DNA of 64,000 nucleotides. It comes from Candidatus Bathyarchaeia archaeon. Lineage in GTDB: Archaea > Thermoproteota > Bathyarchaeia > Bathyarchaeales > DTEX01. The stretch is taken from assembly GCA_038817885.1 (NCBI GenBank), contig JAWAZE010000003.1, positions 1,698-65,697 on the forward strand, read 5' to 3'. Position 1 is the stretch's first letter. Each line of letters begins with the position of its first letter. Positions 49,189 to 58,720 of this stretch are shown here, in pieces. The notes under the pieces were generated by a model. The model made no database searches, had not been told where the DNA came from, and was given only the letters and a program-made list of their open reading frames with translations. Both the position numbers and the translations under genes were made by a program.

Positions 49189-49293
49189 AGTTCAGGATAT
49201 AAAGGGCGTCGTGAGGACGCAGACCCTGGCGGTCATTCCGCGGCCATTAAGGGAGTAATTAATAGCTTGACCGCTGATTTGGCTGCCGGCTGA

Positions 49294-50664
49294 TCATTCA
49301 TGTAGCCCTCTTTCCTTCCTCTCCTTAAGAGTTTCCTTTATAGCGAGCTCAACCTGCTCAACCGCCGTCCCAAGATAATTTCTCGGATCTAGAATTTTAT
49401 CTATCTCCTCAGGCGTCAAAAAACTCGTAACGGTCTCATCATTCATGAGAACCTCTTTAAATAGCCTTTTTTCTCTGGCGCTTATGACTGATAGACGCCT
49501 CAGTAGTTCATGCGCCTCCTGCCTACTCATGCCCTTCTTCGTGAGGGCTATCATAACAGCCTCAGAGAGAGCTCTACCCTGCGTTAATCCCATATTCTCC
49601 AGCATCTTCTCCTCATCAACCTCAAGGTTTGATAGAACTTTTATCATAAGGTAGAGCATGTAGTCAACTAAAATGCAGGCCTCCGGCATAATAAACCTTT
49701 CAGCGGACGACTGCGTTAGATCCCTCTCATGCCATGTTGGAACGTTTTCTAGGGCTGGGATGGCGAGCCCCCGAACAACCTTTGCTAGGCCGCATATTCT
49801 TTCGCAGATTTCTGGGTTACGCTTATGGGGCATTGTTGAGCTACCAACCTGCTTCTCAACCTCAAAGGGCTCGAAGGCCTCCGCTATCTCCGTCCTCTGA
49901 AGCTCCCTTATCTCCGTGGCAAACTTATCTAATGTGGAGGCTACCATCGCTAATAGGCATATTAACTCTGAGTGAACATCACGTGATATTATCTGAGTCG
50001 TGATTCCAGCCGGCTTAAGGCCGAGCTTCTGCATAACGAGCTCCTGTATCTTCATGGCATTAGGACCTAAACCAGCTTGCGTTCCCACAGCGCCAGTTAT
50101 CTTACCAACTAAAACGCGCTTCCTACACTCTCTAAGCCTCTGAATGTGCCTCGAAACCTCGCGCATCCACCCAGCCATCTTAAATCCAAACGTTATTGGA
50201 AGCGCATGCTGCCCATGAGTGCGCCCCATCATTACCGTGTTTTTATAGCGGTCTGCAAGTTTCAGTAAGACAAGTTCCAGGTCATTTAAGCGTTGCTCAA
50301 TTATTTCGAGGGCCTCCTTAAGCTGCAGAGCCCTAGCGGTATCAACAACATCGTAGCTTGTTATGCCAAGATGCACGTATGCCCCGCTTGGACCGCAAAC
50401 TTCCGCTAGAGCTCTGACAAGGGCCATTACATCATGTTTAATCTCCTTCTCAATCTCCTTAACGCGGCTAACCTTAACATATTTTATCGAGGCCATCTCA
50501 GATATTTTCTCAGCATCCTCCCTTGGGATCTCACCAACCTCACTCTGAGCTAAGGCCAGCGCAGCCTCAACGTTAAGCATCTTTTGGATATAATTTTCCT
50601 CCTCAAAGACCCTAAGCATTTCAGGGGTCCCGTAGCGCCCGGTATCTATTGGTAAAATCGGCAT
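49294..50664 (-). CDS. purB: adenylosuccinate lyase
   Basis: Fumarate-lyase signature GSSTMPHKRNP. N-terminal IDTGRYGTPEM. Start trimmed to ATG 50664. Confidence 0.9.
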   Translation of the reverse strand: MPILPIDTGRYGTPEMLRVFEEENYIQKMLNVEAALALAQSEVGEIPREDAEKISEMASIKYVKVSRVKEIEKEIKHDVMALVRALAEVCGPSGAYVHLGITSYDVVDTARALQLKEALEIIEQRLNDLELVLLKLADRYKNTVMMGRTHGQHALPITFGFKMAGWMREVSRHIQRLRECRKRVLVGKITGAVGTQAGLGPNAMKIQELVMQKLGLKPAGITTQIISRDVHSELICLLAMVASTLDKFATEIRELQRTEIAEAFEPFEVEKQVGSSTMPHKRNPEICERICGLAKVVRGLAIPALENVPTWHERDLTQSSAERFIMPEACILVDYMLYLMIKVLSNLEVDEEKMLENMGLTQGRALSEAVMIALTKKGMSRQEAHELLRRLSVISAREKRLFKEVLMNDETVTSFLTPEEIDKILDPRNYLGTAVEQVELAIKETLKERKERGLHE

Positions 50665-50759
50665 TCCACGTTTCCCCATAAACTGAATATTATGCGGATA
50701 CAAATTAATTTCACTATTCTTCTTAAAGATTTTTTATTGGGTGAGCGGGAAGGCTTTTA

Positions 50760-52247
50760 GTGATGGGAGCTTTAGTGGCGGTAGTCTCGAAGGATGGGGA
50801 GAATGCTGTCCCTAAAGCGATAAGAATGCTTGGTATGCTTAAGCATAGGGGGTCAGATCTTTACGGCATTGCAACCGATAAGACAACGACCTACGCGAAA
50901 GACATACGTGACCTAAACAGCCTCTCAAGAGATTCAACTTCAAGAGTAGTTTTAGGTTACAATTTTAGGCGGCTCCTCCCAGAAGATATCCCACAGCCAG
51001 TTGAGGTGGGTGATTTAAAGGTAATCTTAGAGGGTAGAATTTACTCGTCGTCATCTGGGAAGGGCGGAGTCTATGAGGTCATCAAGCGGCATGGGGAAGA
51101 ATCTTTAAGGAATGCCATTATAAATGCGGAGGGGGATTTCATAATCGCCATCCTCTCTGGGCAACGGCTACTTATTGGGAGGGATGTTATTGGCGCAGCC
51201 CCACTCTACTTTCTTAATAATAACCGTCTTCTGGCATTCGCCTCTGAGCGGAAAGCCTTATGGATCCTCAACGCAAGGGACGAAGACATAATGTCCTTCC
51301 CACCTGGGAGCATTGCGGAGGCAACAGACAAAGGTATTATTTTAAAGCAGATTAAAGCCTTAGAGAGAACGGAGGCCAAATTAGTTAAAGACGAGGAGGC
51401 TCTCTTGGGGGAACTACATAACCTGTTATTGGAGGCCGTTAAGAGGAGGCTCAATGCTTTAGAGGGAAAAATCTCTGTAGCGTTCTCCGGCGGTCTAGAC
51501 AGCAGCATAATCGCCGCCCTGATTAAGGGGGTTCATGCGGACGCCATCCTGGTAACCGTTGGGTTGGAGGGCTCAAAGGATCTGGATGATGCCGAGAAGG
51601 TTGCTGGCGAAATCGGTTTGCGAGTTAGGACTGAAATATATACTTTGAGGGATATCGAGGAAACTTTGCCAAGGGTTTTATGGTTGATTGAGGAGGCAAA
51701 TGCCCTAAAGGCCTCAATTAAAATCCCAGAGTATTGGGCTGCTGAAGTATCCTCCAAGTTAAGCTGTAGGGCGGTATTTTTTGGGCAGGGAGGGGATGAG
51801 CTGTTCGGGGGCTACCATAAATATCTGGGGGAATATAGGAAGTCTTTAGAGAGTGCCGAGATGGCGCTATACTTAGATACAATTAACCTCTACAGGGATT
51901 CTTTAGAGATGAGTGAAAAGATATGCGCATTCCATAGTATAGAGGCAAGGTTCCCGTACATGGACTATGAGTTAGCCGCCTTCGCCCTGAAAATCCCCAT
52001 AACGATAAAGATATCGTCCGCCGACGACCCCCTCAGAAAAAGAATTTTAAGGAGATATGCTGAGCAGATTGGTCTTCCGGCTGACGTGTACCTAAAGCCT
52101 AAAAGGGCTATTCAGTATGGGGCTGGAGTAAGCAAAGCGCTTAAGAAGATCGCCAAAAGAAATGGATTAAGTATGCAGGGGCTTGTCGGTAAGGTTTTTA
52201 GGGAGGTTAAGGGGGCGTATGAAAACAGCTCTAATCTATTCTTCTAA
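50760..52247 (+). CDS. asparagine synthetase-like protein (AsnB family, lacks N-terminal Cys nucleophile)
   Basis: Ntn-type N-domain landmarks (LKHRGSD, EGRIY, GRDVIGAAPLYF) and the PP-loop SGGLDSS. The N-terminus reads (V)MGALVAV instead of MCG. Confidence 0.75.
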   Translation: MMGALVAVVSKDGENAVPKAIRMLGMLKHRGSDLYGIATDKTTTYAKDIRDLNSLSRDSTSRVVLGYNFRRLLPEDIPQPVEVGDLKVILEGRIYSSSSGKGGVYEVIKRHGEESLRNAIINAEGDFIIAILSGQRLLIGRDVIGAAPLYFLNNNRLLAFASERKALWILNARDEDIMSFPPGSIAEATDKGIILKQIKALERTEAKLVKDEEALLGELHNLLLEAVKRRLNALEGKISVAFSGGLDSSIIAALIKGVHADAILVTVGLEGSKDLDDAEKVAGEIGLRVRTEIYTLRDIEETLPRVLWLIEEANALKASIKIPEYWAAEVSSKLSCRAVFFGQGGDELFGGYHKYLGEYRKSLESAEMALYLDTINLYRDSLEMSEKICAFHSIEARFPYMDYELAAFALKIPITIKISSADDPLRKRILRRYAEQIGLPADVYLKPKRAIQYGAGVSKALKKIAKRNGLSMQGLVGKVFREVKGAYENSSNLFF

Positions 52248-53271
52248 GTACCTAGAGCATAGAACTGGAGACTGCCCGGAGAGGGCTCAGCGCTTAACCG
52301 CCGCTATGAGCGGCATTAAAAGGAGCGGAATACTCAGCGGGGATAAGGTAGCCTTAGTGGAGCCAAGATATGCGCGCATAGAGGAGCTGCAGATGGCTCA
52401 CAAGCGAGAATACATTGAAATGGTCAAGCAGACCTGTGAGGCTGGGGGAGGCTTAATCGGCGAGGAGACACCTGTATCACGAGAAAGCTTCGATGTTGCA
52501 AGGCTCGCCGCAGGCGGGGCAATAAAGGCCATGGATAAAGTCCTCTCGGGCGATTTTAAGAATTCATTTGTATTGGCTAGACCGCCGGGGCATCATGCTG
52601 AGCCAAGGCGCTCGATGGGCTTCTGTATTTTTAACAACGTCGCTCTAGCGGCTAAGCATCTTATTGAGAGGAGGGGGATGAGGAGGGTGTTAATATTGGA
52701 TATAGATGCGCACCATGGCAATGGTACACAAAAGATTTTCTATGATGCAAGCGATGTTCTTTACATAAGTATCCATGAGGATCCTTCAGATTTTCCTAAA
52801 ACTGGCTTCATCTGGGAGGTTGGTGAAAAAGATGGCGTAGGTTACACCGTCAATATACCTTTACCCTATGGGGCTGGCGACTCATCATACTGGAGAGCAT
52901 TTAAAGAAATAATTTTGCCAATACTTGAGCAATATAAGCCAGAGTTCATTTTGATCTCAGTCGGCTATGACGGCTACTACATGGATACAATTTCAGAGCT
53001 ATCCCTTTCAGCCCACATATATTCAAAAATATTTCAAGAGGTTACTGGCGCTGCTGAAAGGTTATGTAGCGGCAGGGTAGCCGCCATCCTTGAGGGAGGG
53101 TATAACCTTAGGTTCCTTAGGAAGATTGTGGCGGCATCCCTATCTATAATGGCCAGCATAGACGTTAGGGTGAGGGATCGACGGCCACCATTAAATTTGT
53201 GGGCGGAGAGGATGGCGGAAAAAATAATTAATGATGCTAAAAGGGTTCAATCAAGATATTGGTCTCTGTAG
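52219..53271 (+). CDS. histone deacetylase-family / acetoin-utilisation (AcuC/AphA-like) deacetylase
   Basis: RPPGHHA, DIDAHHGNGTQ and GGYN motifs. ATG 52219 overlaps the end of the AsnB-like gene. Confidence 0.85.
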   Translation: MKTALIYSSKYLEHRTGDCPERAQRLTAAMSGIKRSGILSGDKVALVEPRYARIEELQMAHKREYIEMVKQTCEAGGGLIGEETPVSRESFDVARLAAGGAIKAMDKVLSGDFKNSFVLARPPGHHAEPRRSMGFCIFNNVALAAKHLIERRGMRRVLILDIDAHHGNGTQKIFYDASDVLYISIHEDPSDFPKTGFIWEVGEKDGVGYTVNIPLPYGAGDSSYWRAFKEIILPILEQYKPEFILISVGYDGYYMDTISELSLSAHIYSKIFQEVTGAAERLCSGRVAAILEGGYNLRFLRKIVAASLSIMASIDVRVRDRRPPLNLWAERMAEKIINDAKRVQSRYWSL

Positions 53272-53297
53272 ATGACTAATAGGAGAGTTCTTCCAGT

Positions 53298-53480
53298 TTA
53301 TTCAGTAATGGTTATGGCGCCGCTCGGACACTGTGTTTCGCACGCCCTACAAACGAGACAGGCGTCAACATTGACAGGCACGGACTTTCCTTCTCTAAGC
53401 TCATATGTTCCTACAGGGCAAACATCAGCGCATGTCCCGCATCCAGTACATTTATTCGGGTCAACATCTATCTTCACCAT
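53298..53480 (-). CDS. 2x[4Fe-4S] ferredoxin
   Basis: CTGCGTCADVCP and CLVCRACETQCP cluster motifs. 60 aa from ATG 53480. Confidence 0.8.
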   Translation of the reverse strand: MVKIDVDPNKCTGCGTCADVCPVGTYELREGKSVPVNVDACLVCRACETQCPSGAITITE

Positions 53481-53643
53481 ACATAGGCACCTCAACTTAA
53501 ATTTTTGAAAGAAAGCACTTTCTGAAATAAAAAATTTTTGGATTTTTGTGAGAAAAATTAACTGTTAGTGCGGTGAGCACGTCCCCCCTTAAAATAAAGG
53601 ATCCTATTAAGAGTGTTAAGAAGATTCTTGTAAAGATTATCCC

Positions 53644-55377
53644 TTACAGAGTTTCTTCCTTAAGTCTTAGGAGAATTTCCTCGATAATAGCCTTCGCCTC
53701 ATCCATTTTACGGGTGTATTCTTCAACGATCTTACGATGCTCCTCCGCGGATATTTCTCTCCTGTGAAGCTTAAGATCTGCCTCCTCAATACTCCTCTTC
53801 GAAGCTTCAATGCTAGCGCTCGCCCTCTCCAGCCGTTTTATCATCTCAGCATAATGCCCCTCAGCTGACTCTAATTCAGCCTTAAGATTCATAAGCTTCT
53901 TCTCCGCCGCATGGAGCTTCTCCTCAAGCATTCTTTTCGTCAATTGATACCGACGCTTAGGTACCCTCCCCCTCACATACTCCTGCCTTATAGATTCTAG
54001 TTCAGATGAGATATGTTCCACCTCACCATATACTTCGATAAAAGACTTTAAGCGCTCCGGAGAGAATGTGGCAACCCTAACGCCGCTAAATGGTTTAACG
54101 AACGCGACGAATATGCTCGCCAGGCTGATTAAGACCATGATTAATACTGTTGGTCTGAGAGCCGCCCAGAGAAAAGTATAGTTATATTTAATGCCTAGTA
54201 GTTTAAACTCGTCGTATCTCGTCACATTATAGTACACGATGGTTATCTTCTCCTGGAAAAAGCTTATCTTCTCATAGCTGATTTCGGGGTGGTGATTCTC
54301 ACTTATAATGTTCGCCCCTTCAGGTAACAAAATTGATACGATGATTCTGGGGATAAACCATTCATCCGGCTTTGTAATTTTAATGCTCAAGGAATATTTC
54401 TGCCAACCATCCCTCTTAATATATTTCCAGAATGGGAGCGAATACGATATAGCTATCTTGGCCCTTTCACTATTTCTTAGCTTATCAGATAAGGTAACCA
54501 CCACAAATACTCCGCTTCTCCCACCCTCCTCAATTAATACGCTATTCTCCGGGTACCTTCCATATATATCGTATACAGATATATCTGCCGAGCTGGGCGG
54601 CAGGATTACATTAAGGTTGGCGACGTTAACCATCTCCACATCATAGATGTCTCTCACATATATTCTCCCCCAACCATCAATAGAGATCTCCCTCCTCACC
54701 TCTAAAATCTTAAGGATGCTGAAGGTTTCGTCCGTGAACTCCACCCATGATGAAATACTCGTGTAGGCTGGAAGCGGTCTCGTTAAATTATTAAGTAGCC
54801 TAAAGTCTCCCGTCATATTTAAGAAGATATCGTGCGGAAAACCTTCTGGTGAAACTTCGGCATCGGGTGGAAGTATTAGCGTTACGTTGCAAAGCTCGGA
54901 TTTATCCCTTAACACCGGATGTAATGGGAAGACTGCGCGAAATCTATTTTCGGCCCCTCTCTCGATTAGGTTAGAGAAAACCGTAATTAATGTGAAATTA
55001 TATGGTTGACCTCTACCCACCTCACCTGCTCTAAGAGAAATATTAAGCCATTTAAAAGCATAATCTTCCTCAGAGATCTCGGTTTGGAGGGCCCCGTAAA
55101 GATCGTATGCCGATGAGTAGACTAAGTTTCCATAGAAGTCCCTCGGTATGCCGATTAGATAGAATGAGGGTGATTGGGCGTACTCATTAATGGGCGTTAT
55201 GAGGAAAGTATCATTGATCATAATATACCCGCCATTCTGAATAACGATCTTTCTCTCAACCTTCACGGAGAAACTGGGAGAATCATTCATGCTGCTAAAG
55301 GCTTTCTCTGTGGAAAGGCAAGCAATAAAGGTAATTAAGAGTAGGAAACCTATCATCAGCACCCTTAATCGCCCCAT
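53644..55377 (-). CDS. hypothetical type-I membrane protein with large extracellular domain and cytoplasmic coiled coil
   Basis: N-terminal signal/TM (VLMIGFLLLITFIACL), a central TM (VLIMVLISLASIFVAFV), and a C-terminal charged heptad-rich tail of ~150 aa. Confidence 0.5.
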   Translation of the reverse strand: MGRLRVLMIGFLLLITFIACLSTEKAFSSMNDSPSFSVKVERKIVIQNGGYIMINDTFLITPINEYAQSPSFYLIGIPRDFYGNLVYSSAYDLYGALQTEISEEDYAFKWLNISLRAGEVGRGQPYNFTLITVFSNLIERGAENRFRAVFPLHPVLRDKSELCNVTLILPPDAEVSPEGFPHDIFLNMTGDFRLLNNLTRPLPAYTSISSWVEFTDETFSILKILEVRREISIDGWGRIYVRDIYDVEMVNVANLNVILPPSSADISVYDIYGRYPENSVLIEEGGRSGVFVVVTLSDKLRNSERAKIAISYSLPFWKYIKRDGWQKYSLSIKITKPDEWFIPRIIVSILLPEGANIISENHHPEISYEKISFFQEKITIVYYNVTRYDEFKLLGIKYNYTFLWAALRPTVLIMVLISLASIFVAFVKPFSGVRVATFSPERLKSFIEVYGEVEHISSELESIRQEYVRGRVPKRRYQLTKRMLEEKLHAAEKKLMNLKAELESAEGHYAEMIKRLERASASIEASKRSIEEADLKLHRREISAEEHRKIVEEYTRKMDEAKAIIEEILLRLKEETL

Positions 55378-55435
55378 CGAACGGCTCCCCCCATAATGTT
55401 AGGTTGGCAAGCAGCGAGTATGATTCAAGCGAGCT

Positions 55436-55783
55436 TTAACCGTACCCGGACTGTCTAAGGTAATATGCTTCCTCCTTCTTAGGACCGAAACTTCTAACTC
55501 CCTTCTTCATAAGCTGTTCTCGAAGACTTAATGCATAACTTTGGCTTATTTCACCCCTCTTCTCTAAATATGCTATTATCTCCTCAGCCTGCTCCTCAGT
55601 ATCGCATCTCCTTATAAAGTCGATTACATCTGGATTATATCCATCAAACCTCCTTGACGCCGCCTTTTCCCCTTCCTCCGGATCCAACCTTACGGAGGAT
55701 ATCGTTATTTTACATGCACCCTCCTCCATCTCCCTAGCAAGGTTGGGGAACACCCTTCTAAATGCTTTTTTATCGATCTCCAT
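55436..55783 (-). CDS. hypothetical small acidic protein (possibly DUF2095-like)
   Basis: 115-aa ORF with ATG start. The family assignment is from memory only and is weak. Confidence 0.4.
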   Translation of the reverse strand: MEIDKKAFRRVFPNLAREMEEGACKITISSVRLDPEEGEKAASRRFDGYNPDVIDFIRRCDTEEQAEEIIAYLEKRGEISQSYALSLREQLMKKGVRSFGPKKEEAYYLRQSGYG

Positions 55784-55845
55784 TGTGTCTGCCTCAAGTA
55801 ATATTATTGCTTAGGGAGGATTTAAAAGGATAACCAAATTTTTAT

Positions 55846-56490
55846 TTATCGCCTTCTTCGTTTGGGGATAAATCTTTGTAGGGGATCCTTTTTAAGAACT
55901 TTTCTTAGCTGATCTATCGATAACCCCCTTTTAATGTCCCCATATATGTCACATATCTCTTCTTTACTCATGTCTTCCGGCTTTCTAACAATTATCTCAA
56001 CGTTGTCTCCGGAGGGAAGTTTGACAAAGATGTGGAGGGTTTCGCTAACCCCATCCTTATCTGCGGGCGCCGTCTTCATGCTTATTATTCTTAAGCCACC
56101 TTCGCTGATAGTCTTGATAACCGACTCCTTCTCCTGTGAGAAAACGACTATATCTATATCGCTATTCTTATTCGCTATACCCCTCCAAACGCTACCTATA
56201 AGTCTTGGGTGAAATGCGGATAATATCTCCATTATTTCAAGCGCTTCTCTCCGCATACGTATTAAGCGAGAAGACCTCTCCTCCCCCTCATACTCCTCCG
56301 CAATCTGATCCAGCTCCTCAGCAACCTCAAAATTTGATGGCAGAACCCTCAAGCCAAGTATTTTTGCAGCCTTCTCTTTCGCCTGCTTAAACTCTTTCTC
56401 CTGTAACGTGTAGAGTAGAAGGGCGGCTTCACGGGCAACCCTTCTTCTAAGATGAACAATTTCCCCGTCTTTAGTCATATGCCGACTCAA
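55846..56490 (-). CDS. nucleotidyltransferase-domain protein (Pol-beta superfamily)
   Basis: GSVWRGIANKNSDIDIVVF matches the G[SG]-x(9-13)-DxD minimal NTase motif. Confidence 0.6.
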   Translation of the reverse strand: MSRHMTKDGEIVHLRRRVAREAALLLYTLQEKEFKQAKEKAAKILGLRVLPSNFEVAEELDQIAEEYEGEERSSRLIRMRREALEIMEILSAFHPRLIGSVWRGIANKNSDIDIVVFSQEKESVIKTISEGGLRIISMKTAPADKDGVSETLHIFVKLPSGDNVEIIVRKPEDMSKEEICDIYGDIKRGLSIDQLRKVLKKDPLQRFIPKRRRR

Positions 56491-56499
56491 TAATGCTAG

Positions 56500-57204
56500 C
56501 TATGTAACCTCTTGTTCTTCTCCGCTTTCCTCAGAAGCTTTGGTTTCACTTGAGGATTCCTCTAAAAATTCATCGCTCGCAGCTACTTTTACTTCCGGCG
56601 CTTCCATAATCGGTGTTACATGAAGCTCCGGTCTAGAGAGCAACTTCGACTTTCTTATACCCACGTGGCGTAATGGCGTTATCTTCTTAGCCTCATTATA
56701 TATGTCTGAGGCGATTTTCCCAAGAACTGCCTCCTGGACGAACTGCTCAAACGTTAATGCTTTTGCTTTCTCCTCGATTATCCTCCTCATTATTGCGCGG
56801 ATTGCCCTTTCCTGAGAGGTTTTTATCCTAGTTAGCGTGAAGGCGGAGGCTGCAACCCTCAATTTATAGCCATCTTTTGTCGCAACATTAAATATTCCAT
56901 CAACTTTAGTAGTCTTTCTCCTAATAAGACTTCTAAGATAATCTCTGGAGTATTCATGCCCCTTAAATATTGTTACAGCTCTCTTACCATCCACGCTAAT
57001 TATTTGAAAATATGTTTTTAGGTATTGGTGGGAGAAGTCTTGAGTTATATCATAGAGCGTTGCCTCAACAACCCTTCCCAGCAGCTTCTCCGGATCATCG
57101 GCGGGTATAGCGCCTATCTCAACACTACCAAAGTAATGTGGAGCAATTATAGTATACCACTTTTTACTACGCCACTTGTCCTTAACACGCACGCTCTTAG
57201 ACAA
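56500..57204 (-). CDS. rps3ae: 30S ribosomal protein S3Ae (eS1)
   Basis: KDKWRSKKWYTIIAPHYFG N-terminus and overall eS1 pattern, with an acidic C-terminal tail. TTG start. Confidence 0.9.
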   Translation of the reverse strand: MSKSVRVKDKWRSKKWYTIIAPHYFGSVEIGAIPADDPEKLLGRVVEATLYDITQDFSHQYLKTYFQIISVDGKRAVTIFKGHEYSRDYLRSLIRRKTTKVDGIFNVATKDGYKLRVAASAFTLTRIKTSQERAIRAIMRRIIEEKAKALTFEQFVQEAVLGKIASDIYNEAKKITPLRHVGIRKSKLLSRPELHVTPIMEAPEVKVAASDEFLEESSSETKASEESGEEQEVT

Positions 57205-57328
57205 ATACGCACCACCGCACCCAAGATAATGGAGATAGAGTTATATTAAAGGTTTACTAAGAGAATACAAAAACATATTTATCAGCCACCATTAAGCTCT
57301 TTAATTTTTCGGGGCAGGGAGAAAGAAG

Positions 57329-58627
57329 ATGATTGATGTCAAGTTGATAAGAGGGAACCCGGACTTCGTTCGGGAGAACATTAAGCGCAGAAATGATCCA
57401 GAAAAGCTCAGAATACTCGAAGAATTCATAGAGGTTGACAAGAAATGGCGGGAATTACAGACGAAGCTGAATAATCTTAGGAGGATTAGAAATGAGCTCA
57501 GCATTAAAGTGGCGCAGAAGAAGAAGCTCGGGGAGGATCCTGGAGAGCTGCTCATTGAGGCTGAGAGGATACAGGGCGAGATTAAGCTTCTGGAGAGCCA
57601 AGTAGACGAGTATCAGCAGAAGGCAAGATACCTACTCATGAGGATACCAAATCTGCTCCATGAGAGCGTTCCCTATGGAAAGGATGAAAACGATAATGTG
57701 GAAATAAGGCGGTGGGGTTCTCCGCCAAAATTCAACTTCCCCCCGAAAAGCCATATAGAGATAGCTAAGGATTTAGGTTTGGTTGATGAGGAGAGGGCTA
57801 ATAAGGTCTCAGGGGCAGGCTTCTTTTACTTCAAGGAGGAGCTCGTCCTCCTAGACCTTGCAATACAGAGATTTGCAATAGATTTCCTTAGGAAGAGGGG
57901 ATTCATCCTTGTCATGCCACCTTACATGATGCGCACGAAGCCCTATGAGGGGTGCGTTGACCTCGAAGACTTTGAGAATATAATGTATAAAATTGAGGAT
58001 GAGGACCTCTATTTGATCGCTACAAGTGAGCATCCAATAGCCGCGATGTTCATGGACGAGGTGTTAGACAAAGACCAGCTCCCACTCAAGTTTGTCGGAA
58101 TAAGCACTAACTTTAGAAAGGAGGTTGGGGCTCACGGAAAATATACAAAGGGCTTCTTTAGAATGCACCAATTCAACAAGATTGAACAATTTGCCTTCTG
58201 TCTTCCCGAGCAGTCATGGGAGATCCACGAGGAACTACAGCGAAACTGCGAGAAGATGTATCAGATGCTCGGGCTACATTATCGCGTAGTTAACGTCTGC
58301 ACAGGGGATATCGGGACCGTTGCGGCTAAGAAATATGACACTGAGGTTTGGATGGTTGACGGAAAATTCAGGGAGATAGGCTCGAACTCGAACTGCACCG
58401 ATTATCAAGCCAGAAGACTAAACATAAAATATCGTGAGGGGTCTGGCAAGCCTCCAAAAGGCTACGTACACACACTTAACAGCACGGCCCTAGCGACCAG
58501 CAGAACGATGATGGCTATTTTAGAGCACTACCAGCAGGAGGATGGTTCAGTCATAATACCCGAGGTTTTAAGGCAGTATATGGGTGGAATAGAGAGGCTA
58601 GAACACAAAAGTAACTCTAAAAAATAA
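57329..58627 (+). CDS. serS: seryl-tRNA synthetase
   Basis: N-terminal coiled-coil arm. Class II motifs: FRKEVGAHG, GDIGTVAAKKYD, NSTALATSRTM. Confidence 0.95.
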   Translation: MIDVKLIRGNPDFVRENIKRRNDPEKLRILEEFIEVDKKWRELQTKLNNLRRIRNELSIKVAQKKKLGEDPGELLIEAERIQGEIKLLESQVDEYQQKARYLLMRIPNLLHESVPYGKDENDNVEIRRWGSPPKFNFPPKSHIEIAKDLGLVDEERANKVSGAGFFYFKEELVLLDLAIQRFAIDFLRKRGFILVMPPYMMRTKPYEGCVDLEDFENIMYKIEDEDLYLIATSEHPIAAMFMDEVLDKDQLPLKFVGISTNFRKEVGAHGKYTKGFFRMHQFNKIEQFAFCLPEQSWEIHEELQRNCEKMYQMLGLHYRVVNVCTGDIGTVAAKKYDTEVWMVDGKFREIGSNSNCTDYQARRLNIKYREGSGKPPKGYVHTLNSTALATSRTMMAILEHYQQEDGSVIIPEVLRQYMGGIERLEHKSNSKK

Positions 58628-58720
58628 AGTATTTTAATATTAATTCATTTAAATAACGCTTAAATTATCGGTGATCTAATACTTAGCTATGTTTTATTTG
58701 TGCGTGGGGGTTGATCGGGC

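Noticed and set aside
49189-49293. Split-tRNA half or intron-containing tRNA on the minus strand. This was suggested by an 11-nt identity (AGCGGTCAAGC) with the D-arm of the tRNA-Gln gene.
   Set aside because: There is no T arm and no complementary acceptor strand. The only possible D and anticodon stems are AT-only with an 8-nt loop, so it does not fold as any tRNA part.
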